Source: Camelus ferus (taxonomy: Eukaryota). Taken from it: 64,000 bases of DNA. Under the pieces are notes generated by a model, which was not told the DNA's origin, made no database searches, and worked only from the letters and a program-made list of their open reading frames with translations. Positions 1 through 12,942 of the stretch are shown here, one piece after another (the first letter of the stretch is position 1; every line of letters begins with the position of its first letter). The position numbers and the translations under genes were made by a program. The stretch is taken from the NCBI RefSeq assembly GCF_009834535.1, contig NC_045697.1, forward strand, positions 55,058,001 through 55,122,000, given 5' to 3'.

Positions 1-2123
1 TTGGAAGTCCTAGCCACAGCAATCAGGCAAGAGAGAGAAATAAAAGGGATCCAAACTGGAAAAGAAGAGGTAGAAGTGTCACTATATACCAATAACATGT
101 TACTATATATAGAAAACCCTGTAAAGTCCACACAAAAACTACTAGAGCTGATTGAAGAATTAAGCAAGGTAGCAGGTTACAAGATTAACATTCAAAAATC
201 AGTTGCATTTCTTTACACTAATGATGAATCAACAAAAAAAGAAAGTAAAGAATCAATCCCCTTTAAAATAGCACCCAAAGTAATAAAATACTTAGGAATA
301 AATCTAACCAAGGAGGTGAAAGGATTATACACAGAAAACTATAAACCTATTGATGAAGGAAATTAAAGAAGACTTAAAAAAATGGAAAGATATCCCATGC
401 TCCTGGATTGGAAGAATCAATATTGTTAAAATGGTCACACTGCCCAAGGCAATCTACAGATTTAATGCAATCCCTATCAAATTACCCAGGACATATTTCA
501 CAGAACTAGAACAAATCATAATAAAAATTATATGGCACCATCAAAGACCTAGGATTGCCAAAGCATTACTGAAGAGAAAGAAAGAGGCTGGAGGAATAAC
601 TCTCCCAGACTTCAGACAATACTATAGAGCTGCAGTCATCAAGACAGCATGGTAATGGTACAAAAACAGACATAGACCAGTGGAACAGAATAGACAGCCC
701 AGAAATGAACCCACAAACTTTTGGTCAACTAATCTTTGACAAAGGAGGCAAGAATATACAATGGAATAAAGACAGTCTCTTCAGCAAATGGTACTGGGAA
801 AACTTTACAGCAGCATGTGAATCAGTGAAGCTAGAACACTCCCTTACACTATTCACAAAAATAAACTCAAAATGGATCAAAGACTTAAACATAAGACAAG
901 ATGCAATAAACTTCCTAGAAGAAAATATAGGCAAACCATTATCTGACATACATCTCAAAAATGTTCTCCTAGGGCAGTCTACCCAAGCAATAGAAATAAA
1001 AGCAAGAATAAACAAATGGGACCTAATGAAACTTACAGGCTTCTGCACAGCAAAGGAAACCATAAGTAAAACAAGAAGACAACCTGCAGAATGGGAGAAA
1101 ATTTTTGCAAATGAAACCGACAAAGGCTTGATCTCCAGAATATATAAGCAGCTCATATGACTTAATAAGAAAAAAACAAACAACCCAATCCAAAAATGGG
1201 CAAAAGACCTAAAGAAGCAATTCTCCAAGGAAGGAGTAAAAATGATCAATAGGGCACATGAAAAAATGCTCAGTATCACTAATCAGAGAAACGCAAATCA
1301 AAACTACAATGAGGTATCACCTCACACCAGTCGGAATGGCCATCATTCAAAAGTCCACAAATGACAAATGCTGGAGAGGCTGTGGAGAAAGGAGAACCCT
1401 CCTATACTGCTGGTGGGAGTGCAGTTTGGTGCCGCCACTGTGGAAAACAGAATGGAGATTCCTCAAAAGACTAGGAATAGACTTACCATATGACCCAGGA
1501 ATCGCACTCCTGAGCATATATATCCAGAAGGAACCCTACTTCAAAAAGTCACCTGCAACCCAATGTTCATAGTAGCACTATTTACAATGGCCAAGTCATG
1601 GAAACAGCCTAAATGTCCATCAACAGATGACTGGATAAAGAAGAAATGGTGTGTTTATACAATGGAATACTATTAAGCCATAAGAACAGACAACATAATG
1701 CCATTTGCAGCAACATGAATGTTCCTGGAGAATATCATTCTAAGTGAAGAAAGCCGGAAGGAGAAAGAAAAATACTATATGAGATCGCTCATATATGGAA
1801 TCTAAAAAAATACAAAACAAACAAACACAAAACAGAAACAGACTCATAGACATAGAATACAAATAGTGGTTGCCAAGGGAGTGGGGGGTGGGAAGGGACA
1901 GACTGGGATTTCAAAATGTGGAATAGATAAACAAGATTATACTGTATAGCACAGGGAAATATATACAAGATCTTGTGGTTAGCTCACAGCGGAAAAAAAA
2001 TGCGACAATGAGTATATATATATGTTCATGTATAACTGAAAAATTGTGCTCTACACTGGGATTTGACACAACATTGTAAAATGACTATAACTCATTGAAA
2101 AAATGTTAAAAAATAAAATTAAA
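1..2123 (+). mobile_element. LINE-1, 3' portion (ORF2 RT and C-terminal domain, 3'UTR, A-rich tail); runs off the window start; frameshifted
   Basis: Consecutive ORFs carry L1 ORF2 motifs ([70 protein letters not shown]), broken by frameshifts near 350 and by stops; G-rich 3'UTR near 1880; A-rich end near 2100-2123. Confidence 0.97.
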
Positions 2124-3124
2124 TCTCACTTTAGAGATCAAAAGGTATATATATTTCATATACTCTTCTCTTCATAATAGGAATGGTATCATGCTCTTTA
2201 CCATACCAAAGCTTATCACTTTGCTATTCATGCTCTGAGTTAATAGCTACCTAATGACCTACTCATTGGTGAAAGCATTTCTTCTAGGTTGCTCGTGCCA
2301 AACTTCATCATAAGAAGAAAAGGAAAGTGTTGCCCATGTTGTCAAACATACACTTTCTTCAAAATAATCAATATTATCTTATTATTGATTTTGAGGAATT
2401 GATTGTATCTAATCAGCATTCTACACCTCACTTCGCAGACAGAGTTATTGACTTGTGGTGTTTTATGTTTTCACTTTGTTTTTATAAAGTATCCAGTAGA
2501 CACAGGAAACACAACTCATGGAAGCATCAATCCATTAGAACTTTTGTGTACTTTCATGCAGTCTTTGTCCTTTTTACTTTTTGTATTGTGGTGATAACAA
2601 TGCTTATATTATATCTTCATTAACTTAACTTTATATTTTTTTCATAATAATAAGATACTTTTTGTAACAATTATAAGGTCTGCATAATTCTATCTTATGG
2701 ATTTATGGTAATTTACATGACCACTTCTGTATGTCATGATGCAGATATTTATATAAAAACAAATTCCCTATTTTATATTATTTTCTTTGGCTAGATTCTC
2801 AGAAATAGATCATTGAATTAGATGAAATGAATGTGTTTTGACTTGTGATTTATAATTCCCAACACTTTTCAAACATACAGTAACACTTTACTGTTCCTCA
2901 AGCAAAGTCAGAGTGGACACGTTTTCCATATTTTTAGTAGCTTTAGGTATTACCATTTTAAGTTAACACTTCTTTCACAGATAAATATGATATATTATGA
3001 TTATTTAGATTTCCAGTTTCTTTTATTCCTATGAGTGGACATTCCTCCCTATGTTAATTACTAGTCATATTTCCATATTTATCAATGGTCTACTCTTCTA
3101 CTTCATCCATAAATGGGATAGAGT

Positions 3125-3350
3125 ATAGTGCTATGGAAGTTACACAGGCTTAGAAAGCTTAAATGTAATTTAATACCCCATTGACTATGTGGCCTCTAAC
3201 AAATAACTTAGCTTCTTTGATTCTCCATTTCTTATCTGCAGGTTGAAAATAATACCCACTTTAGAAGGATGTATTGAAATAACTTTCAAAGCACATAATA
3301 TATAAAACGTGCAGCACAGCAACTAGCGGATGCTCAGTAAGTGTTGACTC
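3125..3350 (+). mobile_element. MIR SINE, degenerate
   Basis: Core-like ttctccatttcttatctgca...aataatacccac and 3' end gatgctcagtaagtgttg. Confidence 0.55.
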
Positions 3351-3613
3351 CTTTTCTCTGATGAAATTATTCCTGGACTTTATTTTCATGACTACTAAAG
3401 GAACTATAATAATAACCAACAGATGACTTAACTGTGTCTGCTAAGCAATTTGTTATTAATTTTTATGCTTATTCACTTGTGTTAATGGCTTTTGGGTCCT
3501 TTAATATGTTCAAAGTGTTAAAATACTCAACATGTAGCCTTAGGGAAAAGAGTAAATGAACATGTTTTATTACTTTTCTAGGATTAGCCAGCGTCATTTT
3601 TAATGTCTTCAAT

Positions 3614-3700
3614 AGACAGTAGCAATAGCTAAATTTATAAGGCATACAATGAAAAGAAGACAGTAGCAATAGCTAAATTTATAAGGCATACAATGAAAGA
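3614..3700. repeat. 44-bp direct tandem duplication (2 copies)
   Basis: agacagtagcaatagctaaatttataaggcatacaatgaaa at 3614 and again at 3658. Confidence 0.95.
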
Positions 3701-4546
3701 GATATATTAAGCAAGACACAGTTTACTAATTTGCCAATCATGGATGGGCATTAGTGGGTTGATGGATTTTTAAGTATTAATATATACCAAGACCATGAAG
3801 TATGATATCTTATCTTGTAAAAAATTCAGGCAGCAGTTTCATTGAATTTACAGACTGGCTTCAAGCAGGCAGCTAGCTAACTGTAATCAAACTCAAGCTT
3901 AAAAATACTCAGGGTTTAAATGACAGGCAGTAATTAATTTTCCAATTAGTTAAGGATTGATTCAGGATGTCATTCGTAAACTGTTCTGCCAGTTTAAAGA
4001 GCCAATCATTTATGCTGACAGAAGTTGCTTTGTGTTGAACATTTCCATTAGGTCTGCAGCCTCACCCTATAGCTCTCAGTCATTATAGTTTTGACCCAGC
4101 CTGTCCTAAGTGAAGTAGTGAATGGTTGGTCAGCCTTTGTACATGTATCATTCTTTTGAAAGGGTGACAGATTATATTAACAACAATTTTGATCAAGCAC
4201 TAATTACCAAGAAAAATTTAAAGAAATTTTTAGACCTTCATGGAGTACCATGGGAGGGAATGCTTATTAAGATGAAGGAAACCCAGCTTCTAGGGTGTGA
4301 ATTTCAGAAAGAACCTTAAATCTCAAATTTTATGCATGTTTTTATTATCTAAAAATAGGATATTCATATATATACTTTACTTTGATAGATTATTTCTTAT
4401 TTCAAAATGTGTAACACATGTAATAATTCTGCTGTTATCTTAGTATCTGGCACATACTGGGCCTTTCATAGAAGTTCTGACAAATGAGTGATTTCTGAAT
4501 TATTTCTTTAAACTTAGTTTCTTTTAGAAAGGAATTATAGTAAAAT

Positions 4547-5068
4547 GTATTTTTCTTTCTCCTTCTGGCTTACTTCACTCAGAATGACAATCTCCAGTTC
4601 CATTCATGTTGCTGCAAATGGCATTATTTTATTATTTTTTATGGCTGAATAGTATTCCATTGTGTAAATATACCACAACTTCTTTATCCACTCATCTGTC
4701 GATGAACATTTAGATTGTTTCCATGTCTTGGCTATTGTAAATAGTGCTGCTGTGAACATTGGGGTGCATGTATCTTTTTGAATTATGGTTCCCTCTGGAT
4801 ATATGCCCAGGAGTGGGATTACTGGATCATATGGTAAGTCTGTTTTTAGTTTTATAAGGAATCTCCATACTGTTTTCCATATTGGCTGCACCAAATTGCA
4901 TTCCCACCAGCAGCATAGGAAGGGTAAACAAACATTTCTGCACACCTGCTCCAGCATTTTTCATTTGTGGACTTTTTAATGATAGCCATTCTGACTAGTG
5001 TGAGGTGATACCTTGCTGTAGTTATGATTTGCATTTCTCTGATAATTAGGGATATTGAGCATTTTTTC
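4547..5068 (-). mobile_element. LINE-1 fragment (ORF2 C-terminus and start of 3'UTR)
   Basis: Minus-strand ORFs [19 protein letters not shown]...[13 protein letters not shown]...CTPMFTAALFTIAKTWKQ and [14 protein letters not shown]. Confidence 0.95.
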
Positions 5069-5557
5069 AAGATTCTTTCTAATTTGTTATGTAGACCTGT
5101 GTCATGAAGTGCCAGCCATATCAAATGTTCTATTTAAATTAAAGGCTACAATTTTGAATGTTTCTTTTATTTTCAGTTATTAACAGTCTGTCCCCAAAGA
5201 CTATACAAATACACTTTAGGCATTAGATTACTTTTAGAAAACATTCTTTTGATTTTGTGGATGAGGGGCTGAACAATGTTAATTCTGACTGCATTTTCAA
5301 AAGATATGAATGAAATTTCAGAGTACTGTGGCCATAGTTCTCAAAATAATTTCATCTACTAAATCCATTTTCTTGGGCCAGTGAAAGTGTTACAGCACTG
5401 AAAAATTAGTATAATTTTGGAACAATGTCTGCATAAAAGCCTTGTGTCAGCTCTTTAACTCTCTGAATATGACTGTTACCTCCTCTAGATAATGTATTAC
5501 AATGAGGACAGGGTCCTGTAAATTCCTCACTCTTCTTCTCTCCACCCAGAGAGACAG

Positions 5558-5760
5558 TGTCATATGGAGGCTAAAAGCCCAAACTATGGAGTCAGGTTGT
5601 CTCAGTCAAAAATCTAAAGTCTGCTACTTAGTTCTGTGGCATTTGTTTAAGTCACTTAAATGCCCTGTGTCTCAGTTTCCTCATTCATAAAATGGAAACA
5701 ATAAAAGTCAGGTCTTCTAGGTTCTGTGAGGACCAGTGATTTACTATGAGCATTATAAGC
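5558..5760 (+). mobile_element. MIR SINE
   Basis: aagtcacttaaatgccctgtgtctcagtttcctcattcataaaatgg matches the MIR core. Confidence 0.8.
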
Positions 5761-6087
5761 CTTTTTCCACTGAGGATTTTAAGAAACTTACTTGAGTGCT
5801 GTGATAGACATGATCTACAATGTCTGTCTGACTCACAGATACCCATCTTCCCACGGGGGCTTTCTGGATAATAATTTGTGTAAGGTGACCCACAACCTTC
5901 TGGCTTCCACATATGTGCCCAACAGAGGTGGACATTTTACTGAAGCTGGTCCAATTGGAGTCACTTTGTTAAAAATGTAATAATTGGTAGAGAGAGTAAA
6001 AGCGATTCAGTGAGTGTTAAGAGGGAAGAGAGAGAGAGAATACACAAACGGATACAGTTTTCATGGGATAAGATATGTAGCATTCAA

Positions 6088-6217
6088 GTGTTATGTCTCT
6101 GAGGTAGGCATATCTATCTTCCACATGTAGGTGTTATGTCTCTGAGGTAGGCATATCTATCTTCCACATGTAGGTGTTATGTCTCTGAGGTAGGCATGTT
6201 CTATTTTTCACATGCAG
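6088..6217. repeat. 43-bp minisatellite (two identical copies and one diverged copy)
   Basis: gtgttatgtctctgaggtaggcatatctatcttccacatgtag at 6088 and 6131; diverged copy at 6174. Confidence 0.95.
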
Positions 6218-6831
6218 GCAAAATGAAGCAAAAACATAGAGGGGAGCAGGAATAAGACAAAAAGAAAGCCTGACAAATTTAAATCTCTGGTTCCACACAT
6301 ACCTGAGATTTTATTCTACATTTTCCTTTTCTATTGGTGCCAGCAAGATATGGTGTCTGATAACAAAAAAACAAAATTCTAACATAAACACAATTACATG
6401 AAGAAAAGTAAATAAAAATCAGGGAAATAATACCTAAAATGGAAAATCAAGGCATTCACACCATTCACCATTCACAGTGGCATTAATATACACAAAAGTG
6501 CAAGGAAGAATGAGATTTCTTTATATAATTTTCATATGAACACAATATTATCCACATAAGTGCCTAAATCATAAAACTGAACATTGTTCTTTATTCTTTT
6601 TTAAAAGTTTTATTGATGTATAATTTACCTACATAAAATTGACTCATGGTCAAAATAAAGTTCACTATTATAAGTGGTCCACGCTCCTGTACTTAGGTTT
6701 TGACCATTATCAGTTCTTAACTCAATCTTTGAGTGGTCTTTCAAGTGACTTTCCTATCTTTAATTTTGTCTTTCCAATCTGACTTCCATACTGCAAATAT
6801 ATCAAAGTCATCTTTGTAAAACTAAGTCTTA

Positions 6832-7284
6832 CTATTCTAGTCATCCATTGCTACTGTGAACCACCTCAAAATTCAAGGAGTTAAAATCAATAATAATTTA
6901 CTTAGTTCATCGATCTGCAATTTGATCAGATTGGAGGGAAGGGCCCATCTCTGCTTCATACAGTGGATAGACTGGATAATAACTTCCATGATGGCTCATT
7001 TGCATGGCTGGCAATTTGGTTACAGTTGGAAGCTCGGTTGAGGGTCAAGGACTTTATTTTCCATGTGAGCCTTTCTGGGCTGCTTGGAGTTCCTTCAAGA
7101 TGGGGGGCTGATTTCTAAGAATATCTCTCCCCAGAGACAGGATGTAGACATTACCGGGAAAGGCAAATTCCTGGAAATTGGCAGAGCCTCACTTCTGCTG
7201 CATGCTAGTGGTCAAGCAGTAGTAGAACCTTGACTCAGTGGGGATAATGTGAAAGAATTGGGGGCCATATTTTAAAATATTACA
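6832..7284 (-). mobile_element. Ancient MaLR LTR (MLT1H/I/J-like)
   Basis: ccattgctactgtgaaccacctcaaaa..., ttccatgatggctcatttgcatggctggca, tcacttctgctgcatgctagtggtcaagcag, ggggccatattttaaaa...aca resemble antisense MLT1 LTRs. Confidence 0.7.
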
Positions 7285-7289
7285 CTCAA

Positions 7290-7797
7290 CGTGTCACTCC
7301 TCTGCTTAACTTTCAGCAATGTCTCCCCTTCTTATTTTGTGTAAGTATTTATTTTGACCAATCAGACAAGCATATTTCTTCATGATCTTTAAACAGTTTA
7401 CCTCTTCAGCCTCATGTTTTGTACTTATACTCTTTTTTCATTCTTATCTGTATCTGGTGCTTGACTTAGTACAGTTATCGTTCCTTTACACTGAGCTGGC
7501 CCGTCATTGCCTCTTTAACTCATACTCACTCCTCAGAGCTCAGCTCAGATATCTGTTTTTCAGGAAGCATTTTCATGACCTCTGCCTCTGCTCTGCACAC
7601 CCTATCCCTCTGAGTCTGAAATAGATCTCTCTCTTATGGATCCTTGTTTATGTAAGTCAGTAATACATTTTTATTAAATTGTACTTCTTTGCTTACTTAC
7701 TTGGCCTTATTAATAGATTGTGTGCTTCATAAAAACAGGTATTATTATTTTCTTATTTGTCATTGTATCCTCAAAGTTTATTGAATGAATAAATGGA
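7290..7797 (+). mobile_element. L2 LINE 3' fragment
   Basis: gtcactcctctgcttaa, ctcagctcagatatc...caggaagc, and terminal attgaatgaataaatg typical of the L2 3' end. Confidence 0.65.
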
Positions 7798-8023
7798 AAA
7801 ATGGTGACATTTTACACTATATACCATAGAATGTAGAAATTATATATTTACACATATACAAGATTGTTAATTTTATATTAGGCATGTACTTTGGAGACCT
7901 TCCATAGTTGAAAACATAAATTGTTCAAAACTTAATTTTCAAATAAAAATTAATACGAACTTGGGTTGATGTAGTCTCAGAGTACATAAATATACAGCTA
8001 TGGTAGCAAGTTTACTTAAATAC

Positions 8024-9091
8024 CTTTTTTAAATTAAAAAAATAGTTGATTTACAATGTTGTGTTAGTTTCTGGTGTACAACATAGTGATTCAGTTACAT
8101 TTTTATATACATATTCTTTTTCATATTCTTTTTTCATTATACATTATTACAAGCTAATTGAATATGTTCCTTGTGCTATAGAGTAAGAACCTTGTTGTTT
8201 ATGTATTTTATATATAGTACTTTGTATCTGCTAATCCCAAACTTCCAATTTATTCCTCCCCACCCCATTTCCCCTCTGGTAACCATAAGTGTGTTTTCTA
8301 TGTCTGTGAGTCTGTTTCTGTTTTGTAAGTTCATTTGTGTCCTTTTTTTTTTTTTTTTAAGATTCCACATATAAATGATATCATAAGGTATTTTTCTTTC
8401 TCTTTCTGGCATGTTGCTGCAAATAGCATTATTTTATTCCTTTTTATGGCTGATAGTATTCAATTGTGCATGTGTGTGCGTGCACACCCACACCACATCT
8501 GCTGATGGACATTTAGGTTGTTTCCATGTCTTAGCTATTATATATAGTGTTGCTATGAACATTGGGGTGCACGTATCTTTTCGAATTAGAGTTCCCTCCG
8601 ATATATGGCCAGGAGTGGGATTGTTGCATCATATAGTAAGTCTGTTTTTAGTCTTTTGAGGAATCTTTGTACTGTTTTCCATAATGGCTGCACCAAACTA
8701 CATTCCATCAGCAGTGTAGGAAGGTTCCCTTTTCTCCGCACCATCTCCAGCATTTATCATTCATGGACTTTTTAATAATGGCCCTCCTGGCTGGTGTAAG
8801 GTGATACCTCATTGTAGTTCTGACTTGTATTTCTCTGATAATTAGCAATACTGAGCATCCTTTCATGTGCCTGTTGACTATCTGTAGATCTTCATTGGAG
8901 AAATTAGGTCTTCTACCCATTTTTTGATTGGATTTATTGGTTGTTTTGATACTGAGTTGTATGAGCTGTTTGTATATTCTGGAAGTTAAGCCCTTGTCAG
9001 TTGCATCATTTGTAAATATTTTCTCCCATTCCATAGGTTTTCTTTTTGTTTTGCTTATAGTTTCCTTTGCTGTGCAAAAAGCTTTTAAGTC
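8024..9091 (-). mobile_element. LINE-1 3' end, 5'-truncated, with internal deletions
   Basis: T-rich start, atagttgatttacaatgttgtgttagtttc 3'UTR, and minus ORF MEWEKIFTNDATDKGLTSRIYKQL...MRYHLTP...CWRWCGEKG. Confidence 0.95.
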
Positions 9092-9392
9092 TTAAAAACT
9101 TTTTAAATGTTCTGATCATTATCTCTAATATTTTATAAAGTTCTTTCTCCTAAGTGAACAGCAAAGTTTCTTTTTTTTCCCCTGCCTGTGTTTTATCATA
9201 TTCAACATGTAGTACAGTATTATTGATTTTGGGGTACATTTTTCACACTAACTGTAGCATTAGCAAGAATGCTTCATGAATGCTTTGAAGATATAATTAT
9301 AGGATGTAAAGAGATTTTCAGTTATCATATTCATGACTGTTAAAAAATCACAAAAGTCACTAAAATCATTTGTATAAGTTCCAGTGTATGTA

Positions 9393-10025
9393 CAATTGAC
9401 TGTCATTATTCACAGATTCTGTGTTTAGAATTCTCCTCCTGTCTGTAACCCTAGAATCAGTACTTGTAAAGGTAGGGCTTTCCCTGATTATTTGTAGATA
9501 TTTGCACGCATACAGTAGCAGAAAACTCCATTCGCCTAATGGCATGCATTCCAGCTGAAGTCAAACAAGGGGGTGCTCTGCCTCCTGATTTCAGCTCTCA
9601 CACTGCAAACAACCGTCCTTTTGTGGTCTACTTAGTACCACCTTTTTACATTTTGTGTTTTTGTTGGTGATTTTGCTGTTTCAAATAGTACTGAAGTGTT
9701 GTTTAGTGTCCCTAAGCATAAGAAAGCTGTGATGTGTCCTGCAGAGAAAATACATAGATAAGTTTTTTTCAGGCATGAGTTATAGTGCTGCTGGCCATGA
9801 GCTCAAAATTAGTGAATCAACAATATATATTAAATAAGGTGTCATTACACAGCAATACTTAGAAAGCAAGGTTATGTATTGTTTGGTTGACGAAATGTTG
9901 CGACCAGAGGGTCACAGAATCCTGACTCTATATTTCCTTTGTGGGTAATGATTCCAATGTTTGCTAATTGAGTGTTTGTGGAGACATTATTAAATATTAC
10001 TACAACAAATTATAATAATCTATTG
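9393..10025 (+). mobile_element. MER82-like Tigger (Tc1/mariner) non-autonomous DNA transposon, apparently full length
   Basis: TA flanks at 9391-92 and 10026-27; degenerate terminal inverted repeats (caattgactgtcattatt / aattataataatctattg); internal ccagctgaagtcaaacaagg...gctctgcctc...tttcagctctcacactgcaaacaa and caggcatgagttatagtgctg match the recalled MER82 consensus. Confidence 0.85.
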
Positions 10026-11859
10026 TATAACCAAAATATAGGTCATGGGATGCTGACAATGGATGAGATTATTTATGTTTAATCTATAAAATGCTTTGGC
10101 AAATTGCTACAGTTAAAACATGGCTTACCTATCAGTTGGTCTGCAAGTTTTAAAATGAATACTTGAAGATAGTTCTGTGAAGCAGTTCACAGTGCTTCAC
10201 ATTTTGTGCATAAAGCAAGTTTATTAATATTACACATTATTTTGTTCAGTAACAGCACGTGATTAAAATATAGAAAATACAACTAACAAATATTTTTAAG
10301 TTCAGACAGTTTTATTAATTAAAACTATTTGTTGTACTTCCAAAAAACTATGATTTTCCCAGTAAGGGCTATTTGAAGAAGGCTTTCTATATTCTTTGAT
10401 GTTAACAGATATTTGCTAAATGGAGTTGATAGTTGGTGTGAATTTAAAATTTTTAAATGTAGCTTATTTCTTAAAGTAATATCTGCAATAATACAAACTG
10501 AAGATGGAATCTAATGAAGTGTTAAATCTGATTTGTTATGAGTAAAAAGTGCTAGAATATTACATTTTGCATGCATTATGCTACTAAAATGCTGTAGGGG
10601 TAATTTGGGGTTACCAATGGTATTGTGTGACCCTTAACAAGCTGGAATTTGGTTATATGTGGGTGTGCTTGACGGACATGTGGCCTACCAACAGTACATC
10701 ACAGAGACAGAGATATTAAAAAATATCATATATCACTAGCTTATATTGATTCTGGCAAATCGTAATAAAATTTCTGATTGGGATTTCCCTCAATACCTTT
10801 GAGCTTTATAAGAGAAATGCTGCTCTATAAAAGATACGATTAGTGTATCTCTACTCTGAGACTCAGGCTGGAAATGGTAAGGTAGGTTTTGTGGGAATTG
10901 AAATTTACTGCCACTGCACTGCTGCAAAAAGATACCTTTCTGTCCCTTTCATAATAATGTTACAGTGAATTCAGTATATCAGTTCAAATATTTGGTGTTT
11001 CACTGGAATTTTTTCTAAAATCCCTTTGAGATATAGTTCAGGAAGACATTACTACTTATAGCAAGGCAGTGATGATTAAGTTTGGATTGGGAAAACTTTG
11101 AAAAATATACTTAGATGCTATAAATATTAAAATATAACAATTAAAATTTTTAGGAATACTGTATTTGGAACTTTTCAAAGTCTTAAAAAAGACTAATTTT
11201 GAAGAACTCTGATGATTATTTTTACAATCAGTTAAATCTAAGAAAGATGTCAAAACTTATGAAAAATTGTTTCCTAATGTATTCCATGGTATTTGGTCTA
11301 ATCTTGTAAGTTCCAGTTTATCCTGGGATGCCTCTGTAGGGTGTGCCACTCAAGTTCCTTTTACAGTAAACCATAATGAATATACCTCAGTACTTCATCT
11401 CTGTTAAGCCATAAAATACACCCCACAGGAATTACATTAACGCTGTCTACAGGCATACTTAAACGTACCATTAAACAGAAACGTGGAAATTTACCCAGGC
11501 CTGATTCCCTTTTAATATATTAAAGTAATGAAAAGATTCCCTGACTTACAGGAAAGGGGCTAACTTCTCTTCGAAGTATAGAGGGGGAAAAACAACAAAG
11601 TTACAGAACATACTAAATAAATTTTCTGGTGAATGTAGTAGAATTTTATTTTGGTAAACATAAGTACATTAATTTGGGAAACGTTATTGGTATCAGAAAA
11701 TGCCAGACAAGATCTGTAGTTTCTAGACCTTAAAAATACTGTAAGGCAGAAGCTTGTGCCCCTTTATCAGTTTCCTTCTCCTCAAGACTGCAAACAAAAG
11801 AGTAATAAATCTATAATTTTTCCAGATAAAAGAAAGTATCTCCTAACCAGCTAAGCACA

Positions 11860-12030
11860 ATGGGTATAATAAAATCATGGAATTAGTCTGGCTTTCATCT
11901 GATAAAATACTTCAGAAAGGCCAGTGATGCTTTTAATGAGTGGCCTTGAGCAATTCATTTAACATGTTTCAGCCTCCATTTTACTCTTTTCTAATCTAAA
12001 AGATTAAGATGCATCTACTTCCCAGCAGTG
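11860..12030 (+). mobile_element. MIR fragment
   Basis: gtggccttgagcaattcatttaacatgtttcagcctccatttt. Confidence 0.5.
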
Positions 12031-12711
12031 TTGAAGCTTAATTTCATTTGATTCAAAAGCCTTTGGGCTTTTTCCATGATCATCTGTGTTTGGTTTCAGA
12101 AAGTTCTAAACTGTCAAAATTAGTCACACAAAAGTGATGTCACAGAGTATCCCTTTTGCTAAAAGCTCTGATTCCTGTATTTTAAACTTGATGCTGTGAT
12201 AGGTACTCTAAATACTTCAGTAATATATACATATGTCACATACTCTTTTGATAGAGGCTGCCCTGGGAAACACTTCATGACTAATGTGGTTTTCTTCACC
12301 ATCTTGAATTGCAGTTCAACACACAATGAGGAAAACATCAATGATTCAATTCCCTTTTGTCAAAGCCCTTGGGCATTACCTGTGAAGAACAAATTCTCAA
12401 ATATACTTGACCTCATGTAAGAGTTTGTGTAATGTGTGGTATCATTTCTAAACATAGTTTTTATTTAACTTCATTATAGTGACTAAGTGTGACATGTATA
12501 ATCAATATCATCAGACAACAGGGCAAAAAAAGCACTATCGTACAGACGTTATAAATACAGAAAACTGTTAGACTAAGAAAAAATATGCATATTCTTTTTA
12601 ATCAGCAATGGTCTATGCAAATAACAGTAGATTACATATTAATTTACTTCACTGAAGCTGAAAATATACAGTACAAGTAAATTACAAATGCATTTCTCCT
12701 AAATTGTTTTG

Positions 12712-12942
12712 TGTTATAGAGTGAATGTTTGTGCCCTCCACCCCCAGTTTATATGTTGAAGCCCTAAACCTGAATGTAATGGTACTTGGAGACAGGGCCT
12801 TTGGGAGATAATTAGGATTAGATGAGATCATGAAGGTGGAGCACCCGTGGTGAGTTTAGAGGTCATATGAGCAGACAGTGAGATGGCAGCTGTCCACAAG
12901 TCAAGAGGAGACCTCAGAATGAACCCACCTTAACAGCACCTT
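12712..12942 (+). mobile_element. MaLR LTR fragment (MLT1A-like)
   Basis: tgttatagagtgaatgtttgtgccctc...tatgttgaagccctaaacc...gggcctttgggagataattaggattagatgag. Confidence 0.85.

Noticed and set aside
725..1279. 184-aa hydrophobic minus-strand ORF, the longest in the track
   Set aside because: It is the antisense shadow of L1 ORF2; the same applies to the ORFs at 25835 and 26594
6088..6217. CRISPR-like repeated units
   Set aside because: Units abut with no spacers, the context is mammalian, and there are no cas genes
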